The notes below the pieces were generated by a model, which was given only the letters and a program-made list of their open reading frames with translations, did not search any database and was not told the origin of the DNA. A DNA stretch of 64,000 nucleotides from Felis catus (lineage: Eukaryota). The translations under genes and the position numbers were made by a program. The DNA lies in assembly GCF_018350175.1 (NCBI RefSeq), contig NC_058368.1, forward strand, positions 24,306,001 through 24,370,000. The letters run 5' to 3'. Numbering within the stretch: position 1 is the first letter of the stretch; every line of letters starts with the position of its first letter. Shown in pieces: positions 27,155 through 39,860 of the stretch.

Positions 27155-27290
27155 ATTTTTTTTTTTTTAACATAAGCTTCACACCCAGTGCAGAGCCCAA
27201 TGTGGGGCTTGATCTCAAGACCATGAGATCAAGACCTGAGCTGAGATCATCAAGAGTCAGACACTTAACCAACTGAGCCACCCAGGTGCC
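27155..27290 (-). mobile_element. Short Can-SINE
   Basis: ...caagagtcagacacttaaccaactgagccacccaggtgcc. Confidence 0.85.
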
Positions 27291-27689
27291 TCTCATTTTG
27301 ATCTTTAGGTACCAAAAGATAGAGAGTCTCTGTTAGAGTAAAAAAAAAAAAAAAAAATCAGGGCATCTTTAGTATCTGCCCTGTTAGCCTTCATTCTTTT
27401 GTGGAAGCACACCAAGTCCTACCTTAGAGCCTTTGCACTACCTATACTCTCTACTTAGAATTGTTTTCCACTCATCTTTACAGAAAGGAACTATTCTGAT
27501 TCTGATCTCAGCTAAAATTTAGCCTCCTCAGAAGTCCTTCTATGACCAATGTTTCTAAAGTAGAGGCTTATTACTATATCCCTACTTAATTCTCTGAATA
27601 GTACTTACAACTAACTAAAATTTTCTTATTTATTTACATATTTATTTTTATTTTATTTTCTGGCTCCTCCTTCTGGAATGTAAGTTTTA

Positions 27690-27905
27690 TTTATTTTTTA
27701 TTTTGTTAAGTCTATTTATTTATTTTGAGAGAGAGAGAGAGATTGGGGGACAGGCAAAAAAAGGGGGGAGAGAGAGAATCCCAAGAAGCCTCCACACTGT
27801 CAGCACAGAGTCCAATACAGGGCTTGAGATCCCGAACCATGAGATCATAACCTGAGCCTAAATCAAGAGTCAGACACTTAACTGACTGAGCCACCCAGGC
27901 ACCCC
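27690..27905 (-). mobile_element. Can-SINE inside an L2 relic
   Basis: TSD gaatgtaagttttat on both sides. Confidence 0.9.
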
Positions 27906-28717
27906 TAGAATGTAAGTTTTATAAGATCAAGAACCTTGCCTGTCTACTGCTGTCCAGTTCACCATTTTATCCCAGTAATAGTACCTAATACATAAAAGGT
28001 AAACAAATATACACTGAACGAATGCATTAGTAACTGAATCAACCTTGAGTTCTTTGAAATGACTCATGGCTAAAGTCATGGGTAACTTATTCCAGTTGTC
28101 TCATCTCTCGAAACAGCATTTTTGAGGAGGAAATTGCTGTTTAACTAGCTACAATCAGAATTGATTTTACATGGTTCATAGAACATTTGTGGAAGGGACA
28201 CAGAATTAACTCAGTAGACAAATAAATGTACACGTAACTATGAGATGTAAATCCTATTTTCCCATGACATTTGGAAACCTAACCAGTCTCCCATGTCATA
28301 TTTGCAAGCTAACACATAATAACAGAAAGCTAAGATACCAAACATGACAATGTTTAAAAAATACAGAACCAGAAACATAAACTATTTCAGGATGTCAACC
28401 TACAGTTGCTAGATCTGTCATCTGTGTAAATATAAAACGTTAAAACATGCAAACCTCTCTTCTATAGCTAGTTCTGTGTTATAAAGGAACCCATTAGATG
28501 TTTTATTAAATACAGTTTATAAAAACAAAATCAGATTAAACTTAAAATAAAGCCTTTGATTACTCCCACAGTCCTAGTTTCTTTTGCCAGGCACAGAAAG
28601 GTGAATAGAAAAATAACTCACACTCTGATTTTTAAACTGTTTCTAAGTCACACATAAAAATTAATACATATTTAGCCCAACCCCAAAATCATCTATATTA
28701 CTAATTAAAGATATAAC

Positions 28718-28889
28718 TTTTTTTAAGAGGCAGGGGGAAGGAGCAGAGGGAGAGAGAGAGAGAATCATAAGGCAGGCTCCATGCCCAGTGTAAAGTCCCA
28801 CACAGCACTCTTTCCCTCAACCCCCGGATCATGACCTGAGCCAAAATCAAGAGTCAGACACTCAACTCACTGAGCCACCCAGGCACCCC
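28718..28889 (-). mobile_element. Can-SINE
   Basis: ...gagccacccaggcacccc. Confidence 0.85.
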
Positions 28890-29273
28890 AAGATAGAATT
28901 TTTATCAACTGGTTTATAATTTGACCTTCTCTCTCCACTCTCTAAAAAGTATTAAAGGTAGATTAATTATAGTAAGAGCTGAACATTCCACAAAAAAAAG
29001 AGAGAGAGAAATAAAAAAGGACAAAAGAAAATTTATATTTTAAAAAATCTTGCTTAAAGTGAATAATGCTATAGTAATTGCATAGAACTTAGTTCTGATC
29101 ATCCTAAAAACCAGGACAAAAAAGGAAGTACACCACATAGCTCTCACCGATAGACAGAAGTACACTAGTTTATTGGGAAAAACAAACTTTTATTCAGATC
29201 CTTAGTGCTAAGAGAAATACTCCTAGGAGATTTTGTAAGAGGCCACTGAACTGCTTTAAAAATATTATAAGCA

Positions 29274-29497
29274 GGGGCGCCTGGGTGGCGCAGTCGCTTA
29301 AGCGTCCGACTTCAGCCAGGTCACGATCTCGTGGTCCGGGAGTTCGAGCCCCGCGTCCGGCTCTGTGCTGACAGCTCAGAGCCTGGAGCCTGTTTCCGAT
29401 TCTGTGTCTCCCTCTCTCTCTGCCCCTCCCCCGTTCATGCTATGTCTCTCTCTGTCCCAAAAATACATAAACGTTGAAAAAAAAATTAAAAAAAAAT
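29274..29497 (+). mobile_element. Young felid Can-SINE
   Basis: CpG-rich consensus; atattataag flanks both ends. Confidence 0.93.
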
Positions 29498-30169
29498 ATA
29501 TTATAAGGAGGTTGTTCAAATGTTACATGTTTTCATATCAGCCATCTATATAAGAAAATAAGCCAAAGCATGGTTCTGTAAATGTAGTTATCATGGGCGC
29601 AGGGAAATACAGACAGGTGGTGCAGTGCAAGTATTGAATTTTCTATTTTCTTTAGCACATGGTGCACGTGAAAAAGATACAAAACATTCATCAAAACATC
29701 CTATTCCTAGAGAATTACAACTAGAGAGTTGTTCTATGTGATTTCTGAGTTGCTCTGAAAATTTGTAGTTAAATGTGCTTTACGTTCTATATTAGAAAAT
29801 GTTAAGTGCCCCACTGTTGAAGAACATTGTCTAATGAAAGGACATGTTGATAGGATGTAAAATGACATAAATGTTCTGTTATTTAGGCAATATGTATCAG
29901 AGGCTTAAACAAGAGGATAAATTTTGACTTGGCAATTCTACTTTTAGGACTGTATCCTTAGGATATAATTAAGAAAGTAGGCAAAGGTTTACTTACAAGG
30001 ATATATACATTATCAAATTCCTTAGAGTGGTGAAGTACTAGGAACAATCTAAACACCCAAACAATACAAGAGTGGCAAAATTCATTATATGGAAAACTAT
30101 TTATGCATTAAAAATTCCTTGACAGAAAAAGTATTATCCTGGAAATACGCTCAAATACAGGTTAGTGTT

Positions 30170-31760
30170 TCAATCCCTATCAAAATAACACCAGCATGCT
30201 TCACAGAGCTAGAACAAATAATCCTAACATTTGTATGGAACCAGAAAACACCCCAAAGAGCCAAAGCGATATTGAAAAAGAAAACCAAAGCAGGAGGCAT
30301 CACAATCCCAGACTTTAAGCTATACTACAAAGCTGTAATCATCAAGACAGTCTGGTGCTGGCACAAGAACAGACACTCAGATCAATGGAACAGAACAGAG
30401 AACCCAGAAATAGACCCACAAACGTATGGCCAACTAATCTTTGACAAAGCAGGAAAGAATATCCAATGGAATAAAGACCGTCTCCTCAGCAAGTGATTCT
30501 GGGAAAACTAGACAGCGACATGCAGAAGAATGAACCTGGACCACTTTCTTACACCATACACAAAGATAAACTCAAAATGGATGAAAGGCCTAAATGTAAG
30601 ACAGGAAGCCATCAAAATTCTTGAGGAGAAAGCAGGCACAAACCTCTTTGACCTTGGCTGCAGCAACTTCTTATTCAACATGTCTCTGGAGGCAAGGGAA
30701 ACAAATGCAAAAATGAACTACTGGGACTTCATCAAAATAAAAAGCTTCTGCACAGCAAAGGAAACAATCAGCAAAACTAAAAGGCAACCGACAGAATAGG
30801 AGAAGATATTTGCAAACAACATATCACATAAAGGGTTAGTATCTAAAATCTATTAAAGAATTTATCAAACACCCAAAAACAAATAATCCAGTGAAGAAAT
30901 GGGCAAAAGATATGAATAGTCACTTCACCAAAGAAGACATCCAGACGGCCAAATGACACATGAAAAAAATGCTCAACATCACTCATCATCAGGGAAATAC
31001 AAATCAAAATCACAATGTGATACCACCTCACCCCTGTCAGAATGGCTCACATTAATAACTCAGGCAACAACAGATGTTGGCGAGGATGCAGAGAAAGAGG
31101 ATCTTTTTTGCACTGCTGGCGGGAATGCAAACTGGTGCAGCCACTCTGGAAAACAGTATGGAGGTTCCTCAAAAAATTAAAAATATAACTACCTTACAAC
31201 CCAGCAATTGCACTACTAGGTATTTATCCAAGGGATACAGGTATGCTGTTTCGAAGGGACACATGCACCCCATGTTTATAGGAGCACTATCGACAATAGC
31301 CAAAGTATGGAAAGAGACCAAAGGTCCATCGATGGATGAATGGATAAAGAAGATGTGGTATATATACAATGGAGTATTACTCGGCAATCAAAAAGAATGA
31401 AATCTTGCCATTTGCAACTACATGGATGGAACTAGAGGGTATTATGCCAAGCAAGATTAGTCAGTCATACATCATACGATATATGACATAAGACATATAT
31501 CATATGACTTCACTCATATGAGGACTTTAAAACACAGAACAGATGAACATAAGGGAAGGGAAGCAAAAATAATATAAAAACAGGGAGGGGGACAAAACAT
31601 AAGAGACTTAAATATGGAGAACAAACAGGGTTACTGGAGGGGTTGTGGGAGGGGGGATGGGCTAAATGGGTAAGGGGCATTAAAGAATCTACCCCTGAAA
31701 TCATTGTTGCACTATATAATAACTAATTTGGATGTAAATTTAAAAAAAAATTTTTTTAAA
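30170..31760 (+). mobile_element. 5'-truncated carnivore/felid L1 (ORF2 C-terminal remnant, 3' UTR, A tail), with stops and frameshifts
   Basis: ORFs 30089..30496 ([31 protein letters not shown]), 30530..30799 and 31074..31400 are L1 ORF2 pieces. Confidence 0.95.
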
Positions 31761-32313
31761 AAGTGTAAAAAGGAATACAAACTTAGGAATACTCAGCTTT
31801 CTCAAAAACCAGGTAAATACAAATTTTTTCATCAGATTAGCAAGAGAATGATCTTCTGCAGAATTGGTGATGTTCATTAGAAACGGACACACTCCTATAT
31901 TGTTGGTGGAAGTCTAATTAGAACAATGTTTTGGGAAACCAATATGGAATGTCTACCAAAGTTTTAACATCAAGTTGTATAGATTGAATATCAACAGCTT
32001 TTTGCATGCCAATCACTCCTCAATAACAGGGTTAAAATTTAAAATATATATATAGGTTAGTATCAGGAAAGTGGTAAAGAAATAACTTCTTTCATATTGT
32101 AGAAGGTGCATAAATTTGGCAAAGCCCTATGGGAGAGATATTAGGTAGATTTATCAAAATTCTAAATGTGCACCCCCATGGAGCAGCAATTCTATTTATG
32201 GGAAATATGCCCTGTAGGAATTCTTACTGTGTGCATGCAGACATATGTATGCACATGTTCATTGCTATGTTGTAATGAACAAAATCGTAAATGACCTAAC
32301 TATTCATAATAGA

Positions 32314-32817
32314 TGTGGTGGTTTTATCCACAAAGTCTCTGACACTTCTTCCTTCAAAAGATGGGGTCTATGTCCCCTCTCCTGATGTGACTACCATGAC
32401 CGACTAAGTGCAACAAAAGTGACACTAGGCCAAAAAAGGCCATGCAGCTTCTGCCTGGTGCTCTGGGGGCATTCACCTTTAGGACTGTCAGCCGCCATGA
32501 AAAATGTCTAACTGCACTCAAGCTGCCATACTGTGAGGAAGCTCAGACCACATGGAGAGGTAAGTGCTCTGGACAAGATCCAGCAGCAACCACAGACATG
32601 TGAGTGAAAATACCTACCAGTGATTCCATTCCCTGGTTGTTGAGTCTGTCTGGCTATTGGGTGACCCCAGCCGAGGCCACAGACATCATGTATCAGAGAT
32701 AAATCATCTCCACTGTACTCTGTCTGAACTCCTAATCCAAAGGGTGAGCACAACAAAATGGTATTTCATATGACTAGGTTTTAGGATAGTTTTTATGCAG
32801 CATGGCTCCCCAGAATG
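32314..32817 (+). mobile_element. MLT1-type MaLR solo LTR
   Basis: Starts tgtggtgg; 'tgactaggttttaggatagtttttatgcagca' resembles an MLT1 3' end. Confidence 0.65.
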
Positions 32818-32944
32818 ATAAGGCGTTGGTTAAGTAAAATATGGTACATCATTGAAGGAAACACTTGACAGCTATTAAAAAGTAAACGATGGCGTAGTTT
32901 TAGAAAAAATACATAATATAACCCAACTTGGTTTTGTGTTTTTT

Positions 32945-33325
32945 TGTGAGGCAGCCTGATCAGGGAGGGGCTGACAGAATGGGCAGTAATAGAATCCGCT
33001 TAAAGCAGAACAAAGGAGATAGGAATTTATTTGAATATACTGTAAGGGAGCAGCTGTCAGGAGAGCAAAGGAGAGACTGTCTGCCACAAGGCAGTGAGTG
33101 GTACGGGACTATAGTGAAGGGGGAAGGTGCAGAATTTTCCCCTTTTTGGTATCTATGTCTGGGTGTAAGTAACACATTGGTCACATTGGTCAGCTAGGGC
33201 TTATGGGTATTTAGAGGTGGGTCCTAATGGGCCTGCTTGTATTCAGTCAAGGGGGTCACTGTGGTCTCTTCTACCTTACTCAGGCTTCCATTGCTGAAGT
33301 TGGTTGCCTAAAAGCGGCCCCTACA
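32945..33325 (-). mobile_element. ERV solo LTR (381 bp)
   Basis: TG...CA termini, TTTT on both flanks, minus-strand AATAAA at 33026-33031, abrupt GC rise against AT-rich flanks. Confidence 0.65.
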
Positions 33326-34139
33326 TTTTAAAAATTTTGTTCCAACTTTATTGAAGTATAATTGACAATTACGGCCCAGTTCATAAACAGAGAAATAGAG
33401 ATAAATACTGCATATGAGTTTTATGAACTGTCTAGAAAGCAATTTGGCAGTACATTTATTTCAAGAGCAGTAGAAATGTCCAAAACCATTGACCCAATAA
33501 TTCCTTTTGTAAGAATATACCTATATTTTGCATTTTAAAACCTTAACTGTAAATCTAAGAATTGTTCTTTAAAAAAGTCAACTAAAAAAAAAATTCCCAT
33601 CTGAATGAAAGAATCAAGCAAAAAAAGAAAGAACACAAACATTCAAAACTAACAAGGAAAAAAAGTGTGATAAACACAGGAGTGGAGATTTAAATTTTTC
33701 AATGTCAAAAAATATAAAATTGGATAAAAGAGATTGCTTTTTTTGAAAATACAAATTATCAAAATTATCCTTTTTAAAAACAGACATTTAAAATCTAAGT
33801 AATCATGTTAGAAGGTAAAAAATATTTCACTGCGGCTTCCAAAAAATTGTCAGGCACAAAAAATTATGCATGCAAGCGGTTCCAAAACTTGAATGAACAG
33901 AAGACCTATCAGAGAAATTAAACCAAATTCTCTCTTAACCAGTCGGATTATTGGTGATTTAATTTTCTTTTTCCACTATTCCATATTTTCTAAGCGTTCT
34001 ATTCTCAAATAAATTTTTATATGATTAATATATTATATGTAATATTACAACTAAAATGCATTAAAAACTTGGATGAATCTAACTGAAATCATGAAACTGG
34101 CAATATGTAATTTTTTACGAAGCTTTGAAATCAGTGAAA

Positions 34140-35087
34140 GGCAGGGTCAAGGTGGTACTCATTTGGCTGGGGACGTTGAGCTCTTTAGAAAGAGATAAGA
34201 ACAGAAGTGTAGCCTGTTTCCCAGGCCAAAGCTCCAGAAAAAGCAAAGTAGGCCTCCTCCTCCGAAAGACAGGCCTGTGTTGCAGTCTATCAGAGCAGGG
34301 CTGTAGGGGTGCAAGTCTGGTGCTCTTCCCTCCAGAGCCAGCCCATCAAGGAGCTTCCCCTGGTTTCTCACTGCAAAACCTGGGGCACCAGACTGTGTAA
34401 AAGCTCCCGTCTGGGAGATACTGAGGCTGTGGAGCCCGGCAGAGGGAGAGCCCGAAGGCGCCCACCAAGGAAAGAAAAAAGGTCTAGGGAAGAAAAAAGG
34501 TCTAGGGGAAAAAAAGGAAAATGGCGCCTGCCACCAGGGCTATCGCTAGGAGTATCCCAACAGGCCCCTGCCCCTCCGGGAATCCTTTAAAATTAGCAAT
34601 TGAATCTCTTTCACCTAAATTCTGGGTATTTTTCAAAGAGCTGCTTCCACTCTAGACCCTAGGGCAGCTGAGTCTGCGGGAGCCCTTTAAGGGCCGCTCC
34701 TTGGTTCCCTTCTGGTCTCATGGACTCTGGCCTTGTTTGTTTTCAAAGCCAGATGTTTTGTGGGTTCCTTTCTCGGATGCAGGTCTTAAAAGTTGGGGGT
34801 GCCTGATGTGGGATACAAACTCATCATTCCTCACAGAGAAACTTCAAGTTTGTGGGATTCCTTCTAATTGTGAGTCACCGTGGGAGGGAAGTTAAAGGTG
34901 AGCTTTTATCCCAGCCTCTCTCCTACCTGCTCCGATGTTTTCGTTTGCCCAAGTGAAGGAGTTTCTCAGCTTGCTTTCAGGTCTTTTTCAGAGGAAATTG
35001 TTCCATATGTAATTGCAGATTCTCTGTGTCCGTGGGAGGAAATAAGTTCAGGGTCTTCCTGGGTCGCCATCTTGAGCTGCCTCCCAG
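34140..35087 (-). mobile_element. L1 5' UTR (promoter region) fragment
   Basis: Minus strand begins ...CAAGATGGCG ACCCAGGAAGACCCTGAACT...CCTCCCACGGACAC, an L1 5'-end pattern with a YY1 site. Confidence 0.65.
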
Positions 35088-35109
35088 GACTTAACTAAGT
35101 AATAGGAAA

Positions 35110-35597
35110 TTTGTAGCTTTAATCCACTTGAGCTTTTGCCCATTTGCCCACCCCCAATTGCCTAACTCTGACAACCTCCAATCTGTTCTCTATACCTATG
35201 AGCTTGGAGTTATTAATTTTTAGGATTCTACATTTAAGAGAGATCACATACATGTAGGTGAGCCAGTTTTTGCCTTTCTCTGACTTACTTCACTTATTAT
35301 TTTTTAAGTTTTTTAATGTTTATTTAATTTTGAGAGAGAGAGAGACAGAGCAGGAGTTGCAGAGGGGCAGAGAAAGAGAAGGAGACACAGAATCTGAAGC
35401 AGTCTCCAGACTCCAAGCTGTCAGCACAGAGCCTGATGCGGGGCTCAAACCCACAAACTGCAAGATCTGAGCTCGTCAGAGGCTTAACCAACTGAGCCAC
35501 CCAGGCGCCCCCTTACCTCACTTATAATACCCTCAAGTTCCATCCATTTTGTCACAAATGGCAAGATTTCCTTCTTTTTATGGCTGATTAATATTCT

Positions 35598-35637
<40 letters not shown>

Positions 35638-36070
35638 CACACACCACATTTTCTTTATCCATTCATCCATCTATAGATACTTGGATTGTTTCCATGTCTT
35701 AGATATTATAAGTAACATCGAAACGAATGTTGGGGGAGGGGGTGCAGATATCTCTTCAAGTTAGTATGTTTCCTTTGGATAAATACCCAGAAATGGAATT
35801 GCTGGATCATATGGTAGTTTTATTTTTAATATTTTTAAGAAACTCCATCCCATTTTCATAGTGGCTGCCCCAATTTACATTCCCACTAACAGTGCATGAG
35901 TGTTCTCTTTTCTCCACCTTCTCACTAACACTTGTCATTTCTTGTCTTTTTGAGTCTAGCCATTCTAACAGGTTTGAGGTGGTATCTAATGGTTTTGATT
36001 TACATTTCCCTGATGATTAGTGATGTTGAGCACATTTTCATGGATCTGTTCACCATCTGATGTCACTCTT
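35110..36070 (-). mobile_element. L1 3' fragment containing a Can-SINE (35295-35512) and (GT)n at 35600-35634
   Basis: 'ggataaatacccagaaatggaattgctggatcatatggtag' and 'tgatgattagtgatgttgagca'. Confidence 0.88.
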
Positions 36071-36605
36071 GATCTTTTTGAGACAAGTAAGGAGTTACAG
36101 ATAATATGAATGTGTGGTGGAAAAGAAATACAAGCTTTAGGATTTAAGAAATTTTAAAAAAATACGACATTGGGAAATAAAATGGAAAACAGTCTGCTAG
36201 ATTTGGACATTTGTCAATACGTGTGGGAGTTAGATAATCTTCACTAAGGTTCATCTGTACTCATTCTACTGAACTCTGCAGTTAGAATTAAGGTCATAAT
36301 GTTGGGATGCGACACTGACATAGGGCTACACAGTTGCAGTACTGGGTTGAGTTCTCATGGTTCAAAATCTGGTCTTTAGCGATACATATTTAGAAACTCA
36401 ATTTTATAAGGTGAGTATCACATTCAAAGGTGAACAGTCTCTTAGAGAATGAGTCACCCCAATTAGATTCTCCAGAGACTAATGCATTATTAACCCAAAT
36501 TCTGATTTATTAAATAATAATGAGGGCTATTCTTTTCTAAAATGTCATTAGATGAGAACAGACAGAATCAGAATAAAAGGAGTTTTGAAAAATGTTTACC
36601 TAGGC

Positions 36606-36923
36606 CAGAGTTTCTCAAATGGGGGCAAATTTCCCACCCTCCCCCCCCCCACCCCCACCAAACTAGTGGACACTTGGCAAGATCTAGGGACATTGTGGTC
36701 ATCACAGCTTGGATGCACAGGAAGCAAAAGAAAGTTCATCTGGTTATATTAGCCTCAGAGTAAAATTCAAGCTTGGAGGTAAGGGGAGGTCTGGGAGTCC
36801 TCTTGTTATTTGGTGGACAAAGGGCAGGGTGCTACTAAGCATCTCACAATGCCCAGGATAGTTTCCCACAGCCAAAAATTATCTGGTCCTAAATGTCAAT
36901 GGTGCCAACATTGAGAAACACTG
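36606..36923. mobile_element. MER20-like hAT MITE
   Basis: TIRs cagagtttctcaa (36606-36618) and ttgagaaacactg (36911-36923); internal 'aattatctggtcctaaatgtcaatggtgcc'. Confidence 0.8.
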
Positions 36924-37587
36924 ATCAAGTCTGTGGAAAAGCCGTAAGAACTCTTCTCAAGTAGCACAGTGCTGACGTCCAACAGATTATACCATTCTTC
37001 ATGTATGTGTGGTGCCTTTTCTGTCTCCTTTCCCAAAGACCTTAAGCAGAGTTGAGCTTTTCTCTCTTTCATGATCTTTGTTGCCTCCCTAAGATTACAC
37101 CCTATTTATTTTAGTTCAGACCAGAGTCCTTAAATCTTCTCAGCCACATATTTACAGATCATTTTGGGTCTACTTCTTTAAGTAGTTAATATTCAGCCAT
37201 TTTTATTACTAGTTTTGTTATGAGAAATGTCAACCTTAATTTATTATTTCAGCCTACTTTGCTTCCATGCATGTATATGAGTACATAATATTTTCAAGCA
37301 GAAACAGAAATTTACTGGATCACTTATTATTTATGTGGAGTAAAAGAAATTTTAGTTCTGGTTATTATCACATGGTATCAACACCAGAACCCTTGCATAA
37401 ATGACTTCATGCTCTTTAGGTTAGTTTGCACCCCAGAGCAATTAATTTATTAAATAAACACCCTTTTATTTTCTTCAAATATTTCCTATCACTTTGAAAT
37501 AACTTGCAAACCCAGGTGTTCTGTTTTGTTGTGAAGCTCAGTTTAGAGAAAATTCCCTTTTCTGTGATTCATATTTAAAAACAATAG

Positions 37588-37775
37588 AGGGGCCCCTGGA
37601 TGGCTCAGTCGGTTAAGCATCCAACTTTGGCCCAAGTCATGATCTCACAGTCCATTAAGGGCTCTGTGTTGATTGTTTGGAATTCTCTCTTTTTTTTCTC
37701 TGCCCTTCCCTCACTCACGGTTTCTCTTCTTCTCTCTCTCTCTCTCTCTCTCAAAATAAGTAAATAAACTTAAAT
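37588..37775 (+). mobile_element. Can-SINE
   Basis: Flanked by aaaacaataga duplication. Confidence 0.88.
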
Positions 37776-38454
37776 AAAAACAATAGAAAGTAAAAAGAAA
37801 TTTCACTTCACTTCAACTTCACTTTCCCAGAATAAAAGCTTTATTTTGATTAAACATTTTCAGACTGAGTCTCCATTGATCTGCAGGTGCACAGGTTTAG
37901 TCCACAGGTCATTATGACAAAATGGGCTTGGGCCACAGGACAGATTTGGCATCCATGTCAGCTCCCACAGAGGTCATGTCACCCACAGTCCTTTCAGCAG
38001 GATTAACCACAATAATTTGCAGGGTTCAGTGCCATATGAAAATATGGGAACCCCTCTTTAAAATCGTTTTAACCATGTGGCGCAGAAAATAATCACACCA
38101 AGCAGAGAACTGTACCAAGTGAAGGGTCCTTCTGAGATAGGGACCCTGTTCTGCACGGTTTGCACACCCATGAAATTAGTCCTGCCTTTCAGATTGTATC
38201 ATTTACACTGTCTGTTTGGCTTAAAAAAAAAAAAAAAAAAAAGCTGTGATCAGATTTTAATTTTTCTCAAAAGGCAACAAACTACACTAACAATCAGTTC
38301 AATTAAATCATATCAAAAAATCAAAGGAAGATTTGCTGTAAATTATCAATCAGCAACTATTAATTCGAGTAAGTTATATTCAAAGAAGGGAGAAAACAGA
38401 ACATTGGTGGAGCTCCTTCTCTGTGCCTGGCACTGGAGATTTAAAAATGATGTT

Positions 38455-38850
38455 TGATGTGGGTTGGGGGCGGGGATAGGTGAAACATGTGAAGGGGGTT
38501 AAGAGTATGCTTACCCAGGGGTACCTGGGTGGTTCAGTGCCTTAAGCCTCTGACTTTGGCTCAGATCATGATCTCAGGGTTTGTGGGGTCTGGCTCTGCG
38601 CTGTGCAGAGCCTGCTTGGGATTCTCTCTCCCTCTCTTTCTCTCTCTCTCCGCCCCCCCCCCCAACTTGTGCGCGCAGCGTGCTCTCTCTCAAAGTAAAT
38701 AAACTTTAAGAAATTAAAAAAAAAAAAAAAGTATGCCTAACTTGATGAGCACTGAGCAATACATGGAACTGCTGAATCATATTATACACCTAAAATTAAC
38801 GTAACACTATGCTAACTACACTGGAAATAAAAATGAATAAATAATAAAAA
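38455..38850 (+). mobile_element. L1 3' terminus interrupted by a Can-SINE (38518-38730), directly upstream of the ESD promoter
   Basis: 'gatgagcactgag...gctgaatcatattatacacctaaaattaac' L1 tail; agtatgc duplication around the SINE. Confidence 0.8.
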
Positions 38851-38989
38851 CGCCGCTTGTTGAACTCCAGCTCTCAGGAAGGTGAACTGGAAAGATTTGG
38901 GGGCCTGGGGGCTCCCAGACTCCCTAATATAACCTGGTTTTTAAATAATTTCAAAGCCTACGTGTAAACCCTTTCCACCAATTAAGTGG

Positions 38990-39860
38990 GGCCAGACCCC
39001 AGGCCTCCGGCAACAACCTGGGTCGGTGGACGAGCTGGTCCTTCACGAAGGGACGCTAGGCCAGGAGGAGCAGGAGGAGGAGCCCGCGACAGCTGGGCGG
39101 CGGAGCAGCGCGCGGTGAGGGAGGGCGGAGACGGCGTGGCGGAGCCGAGGGGCGTGGCTGTGGCTTGACCTCGCGCGGGAGAAGGGACACAAGAGCAAAG
39201 ACCCGTAAGTGGGCGGGCCCGACGGGGGCGTGGTCAAGGATGGGCTCCCCCAAACGTTGGCCCCGGCGGCCATGATGAGGCCCCGCCTTTGCGCTCCAGC
39301 TGCCGCCCCTTTCCTTGCCGTGGTGATTCCGAGAGGTAAGACTGTCTGGACTGAGGCCTGGATGTCCTCGGCTCGCCTGCGGTTCGGACTGCACCCGCGA
39401 CGCGGCGGGGCCTGGTCCGGGCGGACGTTGAGGCCAGTGGCGCCGCAGGCTTGATCGCGGAAACTGCGGCCGGGATCCCGCCTGCGATCGAGCCGAGGCC
39501 GGAGGCCGAGCTGGGCACCGAGGCCAGGACCTTGGCTGCAGACGCAGGCCTCGTCCCGAATGCGTTTCTTTCACTGAACTTCCAAGAACGGGGTGCTCGG
39601 GCCTACGGTCTCCGCTACGTTTATTTAGCGCTTTCCATTTTGCATAGATTTTCCCCGCCCTTTGACCCGATTTCCACTGCACGAGGTAGATGTGTACCCA
39701 GTTTATAGAGAAACAGACCCCAAAGCGCTAGTGGCCCTGCCAAGCGCCCCGTTCAGGGGTCAGCGAGCGCTTTGTACGTCTGTTCGTGTCGTAAATGTTT
39801 TGCGAGTTCTGGAGGGGTCCGGAGGTCACCCCTGAAGGCGTTGCCAGGGAGCTGGCACTG
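38990..39860 (+). promoter_or_regulatory. ESD: CpG island / ESD promoter with multiple GC boxes
   Basis: The only strongly GC- and CpG-rich non-repeat stretch in the window; GGGCGG/GGGCGTGG Sp/KLF boxes at ~39095-39235; lies 4.2 kb upstream of the first coding exon. Confidence 0.9.
39265..39335 (+). other. ESD: ESD non-coding first exon (5' end uncertain)
   Basis: Strong donor GAG|GTAAGA at 39335/39336 inside the CpG island, preceded by GGCGGCCATG (YY1-like) and the pyrimidine tract CCCCTTTCCTT. Confidence 0.7.

Noticed and set aside
30089..31400. ORFs with real protein similarity
   Set aside because: They are fragments of L1 ORF2 broken by stops and frameshifts, not a host gene or an active element.
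39056..39682. 208-aa minus-strand ORF (and other overlapping ORFs) across the promoter
   Set aside because: Arg/Pro/Ser-rich, no recognisable domain; long ORFs are expected in a stop-poor CpG island.
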